A DNA stretch of 57,926 nucleotides, the filler included, from Ionaspis alba (Eukaryota), in the NCBI GenBank assembly GCA_964255285.1. It is 5 parts of 5 records of this genome, joined end to end, with 100 filler letters (N's around TTAATTAATTAA, not from the genome) between each part and the next. Parts side by side here need not be neighbours in the genome. Positions count along the whole stretch, not along the records: positions 23,305 to 34,792 come from CAXUUL010000551.1; positions 34,893 to 46,380 come from CAXUUL010000552.1; 3 more parts are not named here. One strand, written 5' to 3'. A program made the translations under genes and the position numbers. This document shows positions 26,401-37,284 of this stretch, in pieces. Each line of letters opens with the position of its first letter. Within the stretch, counting starts at the first letter, position 1. The notes under the pieces are model-generated. The model was not told the DNA's origin. It did no database searches and saw nothing but the letters and a program-made list of their open reading frames with translations.

Positions 26401-27135
26401 TTAGTCGCCCATACCCAAGTCCAGCATTTCGCCCGCCTAGGCCTCCAATTCCCACCTCGAACGCATCATGAAACGCACCACTCCTCAACCTCCATCACTA
26501 ATCATCATACGACTGACCTCCATGACCGTCTCATTACGTCACTTTTCGACTCCTCTCTTGCTCTCAGCGACTACGATTCAGCCTACACCTCCCTGACTCG
26601 TCTCCCCAAATCCCATAAAACCGCAGCGCTCCATGTCCTCCTTAGCACCCTGGTCGCCAATGACGCCATACCCACTCTTCTCGATCTACCTCTGACAACG
26701 CTCCAAAACGATATAGCTTTATTCCTTGCCGAGAAAGCGCGCTCGGGTCTCGATGCTCCTGGCTCGGTCCCTTGGTATAAGATCCTCTATGCTTGGCGGA
26801 CGAAACATGGGGATATGCGGGGTGCGGCTAGCACTCTTATGGAACAAGTCGAGAAGTCTGAAGTGGGGGGTGGCAAGAGAAGGGGTGGTGCGGAGGAAGA
26901 GGGGGAATGGCTGGTGCTGATCAATGCTCTAGCTGTCGCCGGTGGGGACAAAGATGAGGAAGGCTGGGTATTCGTTGGTGGTGAGGGTCAAGGGCAATCT
27001 GGGAAGAAGAGGAGGGTTGTGATGTTGGAGGAAGTGAGAAGAGGGTATCAAGAATTTCTGGATCGAAGGGAGGGCGTGGAAAGGGGAAGATTTGGCATTT
27101 TGGCTGGGGACGGCGATGAAATGGATTTTAGTTGA
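23417..27135 (+). CDS. NUP120: Nucleoporin Nup120/Nup160 (Y-complex)
   Basis: About 1220 aa. N-terminal beta-propeller (LFAVCLNHTLRAWN; FKFWAI) followed by an alpha-solenoid (WYKILYAWR..HGDMRGAA; KRRVVMLEEVRRGY). Intron 26211-26275. Confidence 0.88.
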
Positions 27136-27389
27136 GGATGGCCAATGGATTAAGTTGGAGTCTGCAAGGTCGTTTCCAGTTTTGAGCACAACATCTGGAA
27201 GACCTAAGCGATCTCTGTTTCGTTATTACATGAAGATAGATACCCAAATCAGCAATTCGATCCCTTCTCTTTTCTAGCCCCGTTGTACCAGATGCGTCTA
27301 CTCGTGATGAAGCCACTAACCAGACCTCTTTCTCCAGCGGTTGTACCAAATGCCAAGCCCATCTTTGACCCACCGACTCGCAACTACCC

Positions 27390-30084
27390 TCACGAATCAT
27401 GCACCGCCCGCCACTTTCTCAACGTATCCAAACCGGTTGTAACCTTCAAACCAATCCTAGTATCAAGCTCATACCCCTCCCACCTCGCCGCCTTCTCCAA
27501 CCACTCCAGCGCCTCCCTCACCGCCTCTTTCTCTCCAACACCCTTCCGCTGCAACCAAAGATTAGCTCCCATCTCATAATGCGCCGTCACGCACGTCCAA
27601 TCGTCCTTCAAATGCCCCTTAAAAAGCGCCTTATCATGACTCAAAACCTCCTTCCTTAATAACGTCTTGGCCTCCTCATACCGCTCCATGTTGCGATAAG
27701 TAGCAGCACGCAGAACAGCGAGGATGGCGCGCTCATCCAAGCCTTCACGGAACCAGTTCGGGTTTCGAGCTGGGTCTTCGCTCCATGCTAGCCTGTCAAG
27801 ACTGTACTTCAGCTGAGGTATATTCATTCTCTTGTAACCATTCCAGAAAAAGATCATTTCCTCAAGAGGACTAACGCCAATAGCGTCAATAAAGGGGACC
27901 GCCCAGTCTTTGGCGCGAGCTTCCCATTTGTTGAGCTTTCGGATGATGAAAATGTCAAAAGGAAGTTGGCGGGCCATGAACCTCTTCTTGCCGGCGTGGG
28001 TGCGGACATTTTGGAGGAGCTCGGTGGCTTTGGCGGCGTGCCGAGTCGCCGCGGAGTCGTCTTTGGCGACCTTAGCTGCGCGATAGAGCTCAACGTGTGC
28101 TGAGCCGGCGATGTAATAATAAAGGGCGTGTGACCAGTTATTTAGGGTGCAGCATTCGATGAAAGAGTCGGAGCAGAGAGCGTATCGGTGTGAGTACATG
28201 GCATCGAGGGATTTCTCGAAGACGGAAAGAGCTTCGACTTGTTTTAAAGGCGATCGTTTGTCGCTACTCAGGATCTCAATTGCTTTGTCGAGGTGCCGAT
28301 GCGAGGCTTGCATACGAGATTCTTCCAGGAGCCAAAGATGCGACTTGGGATATCTAGTGCGCATATCTGCAAGTAGTGCCTCAAGTCTATGCGTAGGGTA
28401 CCCATCAAGATTCTCCGAAGAATCCGAATCAGAAGTGGGAGATGTAACGGCATCCGGGATAATGTCGCAGTACCCGACCAGTCCATTATAGTATCCAAGT
28501 ATCATCAAGCCAGCCATCGCACCATTAATGTTGTGGAACTTGCTTGCTTGCCAGAGCATTCGAATGCCGCGTTCCCGGTCACCACGGAATCCAATAATCG
28601 ACAGTAGCTTGCCAAAAACTGGTGGAATGAGAGATATTAGTAGAAGGATCAGACCAAAACAAAGATTTGCGCCACTATGGACAAAGATATCAATCGGATT
28701 GGAAAACACGTCAGAGTCAGGGTCGTGGTCCAGCATGTCTTGGACTCTCTTGGTAGTGGAGCGAAGAGAGTCCGGCGATTGGAGCTGCGTCTCTTTCGTG
28801 GACGTAGGTCCTGTTATCGATGTTGATTGTAAGGTGTCGGCCACTCCTCGGACATCAACATGCCCATATTCTTGATAGGTCGTAGGTGTCTTGAGGTTGT
28901 CATGGACTTCGTCCGCATCGTAAAATTCGTCAGGGTCATCTTCGTCATCTGGCTCCGCGCTTCCCGTATCAAGACGATTTGCTCGATTTTCTCCCCCGAA
29001 TTCCCTTGGTCTCTGCAAAGGCGCGCTTTGCGGAACCGTAATTCTTGGTGCGCCAGTACTATTCTCAAATCCTCCTGGAGTTCTTTGCAAAGAATCTTTC
29101 GATTTATCAGATCTCAACGAATCAAACGAACTTTTNNNNNNNNNNNNNNNNNNNNNNNNNNNNNNNNNNNNNNNNNNNNNNNNNNNNNNNNNNNNNNNNN
29201 NNNNNNNNNNNNNNNNNNNNNNNNNNNNNNNNNNNTTCTTTGCAAAGAATCTTTCGATTTATCAGATCTCAACGAATCAAACGAACTTTTCCTCATGCTG
29301 AGAATACTCGACTTGTTCCCTGTCTTCATGTACGCTCTTTCTGCCTCTAGTATTCCTTCAAGGGTAATATATGCCTTCCGTATCTTATAAAAGCCTTTTA
29401 TGCTCTCTACCAGGTTCTCGTTCAAAACTCCGACGACGGCATTCATGATCTGAGATTCCGCATGGCAAAGAGCGAACTCTGACCCTGGTGGGTATATCGT
29501 AGAGTGGTAGGCATGGGAGTCCCGTTGAGCTCTTCGATGATCACTGGAAGCGGTTGCTTCGGCATCAGCCAGTCTTTCAGAGGCTGTCACCGTATGGTCA
29601 ACCTCGCATCTATCGTACGGTGCGAAAGGACAAACCTTCTCGCATGATCTCAGGCTCAAATCCGAGCGTGGCTCTCAGAAATGTAATCATCCCTTTCCCT
29701 AGCTGTAAAACAGAGAGATAAAGACATCAGCCCGAGACCTTCCTTAATCAATCAGCGGAAAGGATGACCTCCTTGAGCAATGAGGGCCTACCTTATGGAA
29801 AGAGGAATTTCCCTGAGCAAGCCCAGCTTCTGCGCCATCGAGATCATCATTCATGATATGCGTGGCCGCTAAATCCACTCAGATTAGTTTTTGTCCACGC
29901 CCTTTTAGCAGCTTGTACGATTGAGATTATACCTCTCATAGACGCCTCCACTAGATGAATGTTAGCACTCGATTACTGTTATACAGTTGAAGGACTTACA
30001 ATTCTGAGGCTCTGCCAGAGAATCTAGTGAGTGTGTCGACGAATTGAGCTCCGACTTCCTCGACGACAGCCATCCTTTCAGCAT
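27390..30084 (-). CDS. IML2: IML2/TTC39-family TPR protein
   Basis: ATG 30084; four 5' introns, including an 18-nt exon at 29950-29933. Motifs [23 protein letters not shown]-like [42 protein letters not shown] and YELDTRIG. Interrupted by a false gap with duplicated flanks. Confidence 0.9.
29136..29235. other. Assembly gap with 55-bp duplicated flanks (false gap inside IML2)
   Basis: 29081-29135 is identical to 29236-29290. Confidence 0.93.
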
Positions 30085-30464
30085 CTTGGACAGCTGGTAG
30101 GGTGTCGTGTGCTATACCAAACGACGACAGCCAGAGCTGTGGAAGAGTTGTCAATGCATCACGAACACACTAGTAGTGCCCAAACAGTCCAGGTACAAGT
30201 AAAGGAGCATAAATGACAAGGACTACGAGGTGTGGAACAAATGCGAAGTTTGGAGAACACCTCGAAAGCATTACTCCACCGCGGACGAGCGAATACATCA
30301 TCCGCTAGGGACCCTTGCTATCTTCCTGCATGGTAAGCGAATAAGCGGCGGCCTACCTTTCGTTATCAATTTTGGCTGCTTAGGTCTCCACGCGCCCCAA
30401 GCAAAACAACAGTCGGCCAGATCCAGAACGCCATTTCCAACTCGACTCGATAACATCCTTAAGT

Positions 30465-30867
30465 ATGTCGGCTCCGCAATCAGGCGCAGCTAGCTCGTCA
30501 TCGAAGCCAAATCAGACAGCAACGGAGCCTCCGAAAGAAACACAGAAGCAAGGCGCAGTGCTGGAGGAGGACGATGAGTTTGAGGACTTCCCCGTGGAAG
30601 GTATGCAGGCTGCGAACAGTACAAACGCAGTCGTCATATTTTCGGTGACTGACAAAAGCTTTACCGCTAGACTGGCCCCAGGAAGACGCAGAAGTGCCAG
30701 GCGGCAACACACATCTTTGGGAGGAGAGCTGGGACGACGATGACACCAGCGAGGACTTTTCGAAACAACTGAAGTATGCTGGTCTACACGCATGCCGCTA
30801 CTATTAGAGAAGTACAGAAGCTAATCTGCGCAGGGAGGAGCTGGAAAAGGTCAAAGCCAACAAGTGA
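30465..30867 (+). CDS. SEM1: 26S proteasome lid/TREX-2 subunit Sem1/DSS1, 3 exons
   Basis: LEEDDEFEDFPVE|DW...HLWEESWDDDDTSEDFSKQL|KEELEK; introns 30601-30670 and 30774-30833. Confidence 0.96.
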
Positions 30868-31045
30868 GCTGGAGGAAAATGGCATAGCACGGCGTTCCGG
30901 ACGGTATAGAGAACAGATCCGACTTGATAGATTATCATCGAATTCAGTCGAACACATTTGATCACCTCACAGCCTACCAACTGTGTTACTGAAAGGTCTG
31001 GTCATAGACAAGAATAAAACTATCTACAGTGTTCAACGAATATTA

Positions 31046-31123
31046 TCAGAGTCTCGAAGCAATCCCTTGTGTTCCATCAGGGCACGCTTTGCCGCGAGTT
31101 GATTTGAAGACCTTTCTACTTAC
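31046..31123 (-). other. PGK1: Putative alternative terminal intron (31123-31066) and exon (31065-31046) of PGK giving the PTS1 C-terminus ...ALSRIASRL*
   Basis: A GTAAGT donor overlaps the AGT AAG TAG end of PGK; CTGAT branch site at 31080-31076; AAG acceptor. The spliced frame reads A|GG ATT GCT TCG AGA CTC TGA. Confidence 0.78.
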
Positions 31124-32489
31124 TCGAAAGCGCAGAAACGCCCGGCAGGTCCTTGCCCTCGAGAAGCTCCAGTGATGCCCCGCCTCCAGTCGATACATGG
31201 CTAAGCTTGTCCTCAACACCATATTTCGCTGCGACAGTTGCAGTATCTCCACCCCCTATGATGACAATCTTGTCATTCTGTGCTGCATCTACAGCGGCGT
31301 CCAGCATGGCCTTCGTGCCTTTGGCAAAAGGCTCCATCTCGAAGACTCCCGGTGGGCCATTCCACAGGATGGTCTTGGCCTCAGAAATGGTCTTCTTAAA
31401 CGACTCGATACTCTTCGTGCCACAGTCGAGTCCCATCCAGCCATCTGGGATACCCTCCTCGTCAGTAGCCTTTCCAGTCTTGGCGTCTTTGTCGAACTTG
31501 TCGGCCGTGATGTAGTCGGAAGGCAAGACAATATTGACTGAATTCTTCTTGGCCTTCTCAACCAGCTCTCCAACGGTCTTACTGCCTGCCTCGTCGAATA
31601 AGCTGTTTCCGATCTTGACGTTCTCGAGTGTTTTCTTGAACGTGAAGGCCATTCCACCGCAAATGATCAGGCTATTGACTTTCGTAAGGAGGTTGTCGAT
31701 CAGCTGGATCTTATCCGAGACTTTGGCTCCACCAAGAATGGCAAGGAAGGGCCGTTTCGGGTTCTCCAGTGCTTGGGCAAAGTAGTCCAGCTCTTTCTTC
31801 ATCAGGAATCCGGAAGCTTTCTGGGGCAGCTCGACGCCGACCATGGAGCTGTGGGCGCGATGGGCTGTGCCGAAGGCGTCATCTGACACAATGGATCAGT
31901 GTTCATGGCTCAAAGTAGTCTCTTCACGCTTGATCTCACTGATATACACATCCCCTAGAGCCGTCAGGCCTTTCCTGAACTCCTGTACTTTTTCTTTATC
32001 CGCCTTAACCTTTTTGCCCTCTGCATCTTTACTGCTGCCCTCTTCCTCGGCGTGAAATCTAAGATTCTCGAGCAGGATGATCTGCCCATCGGATGCCTTG
32101 TTCACTGTATCCTCGACCTCTTTGCCCACACAATCGTCCGTGAAGATGACTTTCTTGTCCAACAACTTCTCCAGCTCGGGAACTACGGGCTTGAGTGAAT
32201 ATTTCTCGACCTTCTTGCCGTCGGGGCGTCCAAGGTGTGACATGAGGATGATAGCTTTGGCTCCATGCTCGGCGGCATATTTGATGGTTGGGAGGGCGCC
32301 GACGATTCGCTGATTGTTGGTAATCTTTTTATTGGAGTCTAGGGGGACGTTGAAATCGACCTGGAGGGTAATTGATCGTTAGAACCATGAGAGTGACATT
32401 CTAGATAGCTTGTCTCTACACACTCTTATTAGCACCCGTTTACCCTTCAGGTCGACATCGGTGATGGCGAGCTTGTTAGACAAAGACAT
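31116..32489 (-). CDS. PGK1: Phosphoglycerate kinase (cytosolic isoform ends VSALSSK)
   Basis: [55 protein letters not shown] and [15 protein letters not shown]; introns 32423-32361 and 31939-31883. Confidence 0.99.
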
Positions 32490-32603
32490 CTTGGTAATCT
32501 TCTGCAGTGATTGAGTTAGAATATTAAGGTCGAGAGCTTGTTTGGGAATTTAGGGACGTTTTCTAATTGATTGAGGGGAACTTTGTTGAGCTTCAACTTG
32601 TTC

Positions 32604-32632
32604 TTGGCGGGGTGTTTTTCCTTTTGGCGGGG
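32604..32632. promoter_or_regulatory. Two direct TTGGCGGGG copies (SYGGRG, CreA/Mig1-type sites) upstream of PGK
   Basis: TTGGCGGGG at 32604-32612 and 32624-32632, about 115-145 bp upstream of the PGK ATG. Function is inferred from consensus only. Confidence 0.4.
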
Positions 32633-32662
32633 CAACTTTTATGACGCAGAAGATTTAGGGGG

Positions 32663-32684
32663 TGCATAATATTAATATTATGCA
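32663..32684. repeat. Perfect 22-bp palindrome TGCATAATATTAATATTATGCA
   Basis: Equals its own reverse complement; lies between the PUF6 stop and the PGK start. Confidence 0.9.
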
Positions 32685-32893
32685 TATTTAAACGAACTAA
32701 GGCGTTGAATTCACAGCGGCTTCCACAACTTTCATCCCTGAGGATTCTTCGATCAGGAATCTTGACGCTCAAGCCATTGAGGCTCTACATCTCATTCGAA
32801 GGTCGCTAGATGTCTGCTGAGTAAAGATATCTGTCTTTTGACCAAGCATACCAAATGCAGTGGTGTGCGTATTGCATTGACGACACCAAGATC

Positions 32894-34792
32894 CTATCCC
32901 TCAATCATTCTTAACAATAACTGAGTCCCCTTCCTCCCCGCGTCCAAAGGAGTCTTTTGCACTTTCCCTTTCGTAGTCGCTTTCTCGCCCGCATCTACGA
33001 CCTTCCATAAATCTTGTTGATGCTGCTTCAAGGTTGATACCAATTCTTCGCGCTTTGAGAAGTCGGCGGAGTCAAGCAATCCCACAATGACAAAAGCATT
33101 GGCTCCTTTTGCCCAAGCTGTTATGTTAGGCTCGATGTTTGCGTATAGCATGTCAGCAAAGCCAAGAGGCGGATTGGCAGGCTCAACAGCCTTTTTACTT
33201 TGGTTGAATCGGCCTCCTAGAGCTAGTGCTTTGAGCATCCTAGAAGCAGCAGGAACTTCAAGTGCAGATTTAATCGCGGGCTCCTTGCTCAATGTGAGAG
33301 ATGCAATAGCCTCCAGAGCTTCTGTCTTATCTCCTTCGGCACTAAGAAGAACTTCTGTGATGAATTGACATCCGAAGCTGGACTGTACGAGATCCTTTGC
33401 TTTTGCCGCAATGAAAGATAGCAACTGCGGAGACAAAGCTCTGGCAAGCTCCTTCCGCCGCACATCTGGATCTTTCTTCGAAGTAAATGTCCTGATACTG
33501 TGGATTTCTTTGAGTAAACCCAGGTCTTGATCAGGAAGTATAGAGGCAGTTTTTCCGATGAATAAATACAAGATTGGTATTCGACCGTTAAGATTGGTAA
33601 TGTAGGACATTATCAAGTTGTGCTGCTCATCAACCTTTTGTTTCGTATCGGTAGGAACAAGCTCAGGGAATATCGATTTGGATGTGAGCACAGTGTCATC
33701 AATGACATCGTAGGCGGTGAGGAGGACCTGATGCCCGTAAGAATCGAACGCAAGAGCTTGCATAGTGTTTTTGTATGTTCTGAGTAGTAGTTTTCGGTCC
33801 TTGGCTCCACTGTGTGCGAAGGCTAGACAAACCAGTCGTGCTCCAGATTTGGTGAACGCCAGATTCTTAAGCAGATCTCCTTCTTCGTCTCCCTTGATTA
33901 GCTCGACAAATTCGAGAGCCTCTTCACTTCCCGGTGGTACATTAAGATAATACTGTAACATGGCATCGTGCAGCATCGTGAACCCAGATGTCTTCTTCTG
34001 GACAAGCTGATTAATAAGATCATGGAGATAATGCATCACTGTAGCTCTCTTCTCCGGGTGCTCCCTGAGTAGAGTTGCCAGATCTGAATGCGAAACCTCC
34101 TTCGCCCCGGGCTTGAAGATTGCAAATTCTGCGCCATACCATTCCTTTAGTAACCTTGCTTTCTGCTTCGGTGTCGCCACTCCTCGATAGACATCATCCA
34201 GAATCCACGAAGCTTCGGGATGTTTTATCAGTCGCCGGACCTTGCCATAGAATTCTGGAACCACCATGTCCCGAATTTCATCATCACCATGCACTAATAT
34301 CTTGCCGATCACAAATTTGGCATATCGACTTTCTGCCAATCCCTGGTATTCACCTTTGAGCTCCTTTGCTATCATCTTTCTCTGTTCTAGATTTCCATAC
34401 TTCAGTGCAGTTTGGATTACTCGTCCCGAGTCATGCTTTAGGACAAACTCCTTCACTCTTCCTATTATGATATCAAACAGCTCAGCCACAAGATCCTTAC
34501 GCTCCTGCAGTGGCACATGTGATTGCCTTCGTAGTCTTTCCCATATCTTCTTGGAGCGAGCAATGGAATCTGCATTCGGCTTTGCTGCTTTCCGCTCTTG
34601 AGCTACAGCCTTTTGCTTTGCGTGGGCTTCTCGGGATGCAGTAGCTATAGAAGGATCAGTATTGTCAACAGTGGCAGGGAAAGAAGGCTAACAGCTGCTT
34701 GGGCCGATTGTTCCAGCACCTGACGCTGCTGCTTTACCATTCTTTTTCGACGAAGGTTCAGATTCGTTGCTTTCGTGGTTGTCCGTGGGGGA
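32894..34792 (-). CDS. PUF6: Pumilio-homology ribosome biogenesis protein Puf6/PUM3 (5' end truncated by the scaffold end)
   Basis: SREAHAKQKA..ERKAAKPNAD...KKIWERLR, VLKHDSGRVIQTALKYG, LAESRYAKF, LLKEWYG and SKKDPDVRRKEL (CPL region); probable intron 34692-34645. Confidence 0.92.
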
Positions 34793-34892
34793 NNNNNNNN
34801 NNNNNNNNNNNNNNNNNNNNNNNNNNNNNNNNNNNNTTAATTAATTAANNNNNNNNNNNNNNNNNNNNNNNNNNNNNNNNNNNNNNNNNNNN
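34793..34892. other. Artificial scaffold-joining spacer (44N-TTAATTAATTAA-44N)
   Basis: Linker 12-mer at 34837-34848; PUF6 is cut here and does not resume on the other side. Confidence 0.95.
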
Positions 34893-35048
34893 GAATCGTG
34901 CCTTCCCTTACCGAAGCTAAGAGAACGGATTGCAGATTCTAGCTGCAGCCGGACCGTTGGGGTGCGCGCCCTGCAGGCCACTGCTCGCTTAGCTAAGGGT
35001 TCTTCTGCATACATGCTATGTACATTTGCCCTGACGCGAGATCGAGTT

Positions 35049-35066
35049 GCAGCAGCAGCAGCAGCA
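35049..35066 (+). repeat. (GCA)6 microsatellite
   Basis: Six perfect GCA units. Confidence 0.85.
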
Positions 35067-36014
35067 AGGAAGAAGAAGGTGGAGGTAGAGGTGGTCAGGA
35101 GGTAGACTGCGTGCTTGGCTTGCCATGTCCTTGTCCATGTCTTTGCCGAATATCTCCTGATGTTGATCCGCTGACCTCCGTATACGCCCATTTGAGGCCG
35201 CAGAACCACACTCGCCTTGCTCGCCTCCCTTCCTCCCTTCCCTTGACTCAAACCCCAGTCCACGAGGTCACTTTTGCGGTCTGCAAAAAGAAGCAAATGT
35301 GACCTCGAGTATCAATCCCAAAACCACCCTTGCGCCCGGCCCACCAGTTTCCCGCAATCCTTATCTCAAGTTCAATCTTGATGTCGCCATCCCGCTAGCT
35401 CTTTCCCTCCCTCCCTCCCGTCGAATGGTATCTTTGCCCTCTCCGTCCATATCGTGATATGGAGTGTGAAAAAGGGGTGAGCCGAAGAAACAATCTAAAG
35501 CCTGTTGCAACCCAAAAAAAAGCTTCCATTGGTGGTACAGTCTAGCTGTCCAAATGATAGAAAACGAGTGATGCTCCGAAGGGTATCTTCACCAAACCAG
35601 TTCCGCCTCCCATGGGTATTGCCGAGAAAAAAGAAAAAGAAAGATTCCAAGCCCTGAAACACCGGTTTGCCGAGGTGGTATCGACAAAATGAAAAAAAAG
35701 AAGGGAAAATCTATGTCAATGTCGGAGAAATGAAGCTAAGCGCCGTGATCATGATAGAAGTATAACTGGGGTATCAAGCGAGAGTCCAAGACGGTCATGT
35801 TGGTTTCGAAAAGAATCAAAAATGGCGGAAAGTGGTCGAAGGTGAGTGAGTCGAGGGGTGTGGCGCAAAAGTGAGTTTGTGGGAAACCATGTCGAAGGTA
35901 TGTGACAAAGGGAAGAAAAGTGCATGCTTGGCACATAAGGAGCAAAAAAGAGTCCCGGACTTCGTTGGGGAAGAAGTGAAGAAGGGTATTCTGCAGCTCG
36001 CAGAAGAAAAGTCG

Positions 36015-37284
36015 TCAACGAGTAGGCAGATCCTGAGCACCGGCTTCGGGTTCGGCAACGTCGTCCTCTCCCTCGAGGAGGTCGAGGCATTCGGTTAGAA
36101 CTAAGCGTTGTTCAGTCCCCAGAAACAGTTGGGGTCGGAAAGGCACGGAGATTGCTCACTGCTGATAATTTCTTCCTCCCACACTCCCATCTGGTAATCC
36201 ACAAGGCCATGTCGTTCCATGCTGTCGCAATGTCGCACCAGATCCCGTCCCATTTTCTCGAGAAAGTCCTCTTGAAGAATACTCTGCGGCGGCGGAGGTG
36301 GTCGGCCAGAGTCAATCATCTCCTGAGTGATGTCTTTCTGGCGTTGCAACACAGCGAGCCAGCAGGTATTGAAGTCGTTCCACAGCTTCATGCGCTCGCC
36401 GTGCAGCTCTTGATCGTCCTTGATCAGACCTGTACGATAGATTAGTCCGCATGCAAGGGCAAAATTAAGCGAGGCGGCTTACCGAGATCGCTCGCTTGGC
36501 CGAGAAGCCAGTCGGAAATTTGCAAAAGAGACTGGCCAGCTTCGATCAATCTGCCATCGCGTGTGTGTTGGAACGTTCGCTTGAGAGCTTCGAGGTACTC
36601 GTTGTAGGCTGCATCGAAGCCAGCAGCTTCTTGGGTGGTATCCTGTTGTGGTTGTTGTTCGAGTAGATTCGGTACTGCTGGCTGCGTGTAGTCTGCCATA
36701 CTCGTTGGATACGAAGATGAAAGTGTCGCACGTCCAGGTTGCGCAGGTTGTGGGTATGCCATCGGATGCTGGAACGAAGTTGATGCGAACTGTTGAGGCA
36801 CTGCTCCAGCCGCGCTGGCTGTGTCGCTTGGACTGAAGTACTGTGGAACCCCAAACTGATTCGACAGCACCTCAATCGCTGCAGTTTGCCGTGGCTGATA
36901 TGATTGTACCGGATCATACGCCGGCTGTTGCTGGGCTTGCTGAGGAAGGTTGTACATCAGATTCGAACTGTATGATGGAAATTGCGATGGCCGCTGAGGA
37001 TCTTGTGCGAAATCGGGTTGATATTGTAGTGAGCTGTCTTGCAGTTGTGGCGTGTATGCTTGCTGCCCTTGCGTATAACCATAGCCCCCCATGCCTGAGC
37101 CTTGCCCTCCTGCACTTGTCCGTGGAGCGGAAGTGGGCGATCGTAACGATGACATTTGTGATTGTCGGAATCGATCCGAGACACTGCTTCCCGATCCCCG
37201 TCGAGGGGTTTGGCCGTATCCTCGACCAAGCGAATATCCAGACTGCTCATATTGCCGTCTTTGTTGTTGGTCGTCTCCTTCCAT
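36015..37284 (-). CDS. Hypothetical protein: Q/S/Y/P-rich N-terminus plus helical C-terminal domain, 3 exons
   Basis: ATG 37284; introns 36482-36430 and 36159-36101. The C-terminal domain reads AGQSLLQISDWLL...KLWNDFNTCWLAVLQRQ...MERHGLVDYQMGVWEEEIIS|ILTECLDLLE. Confidence 0.82.
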
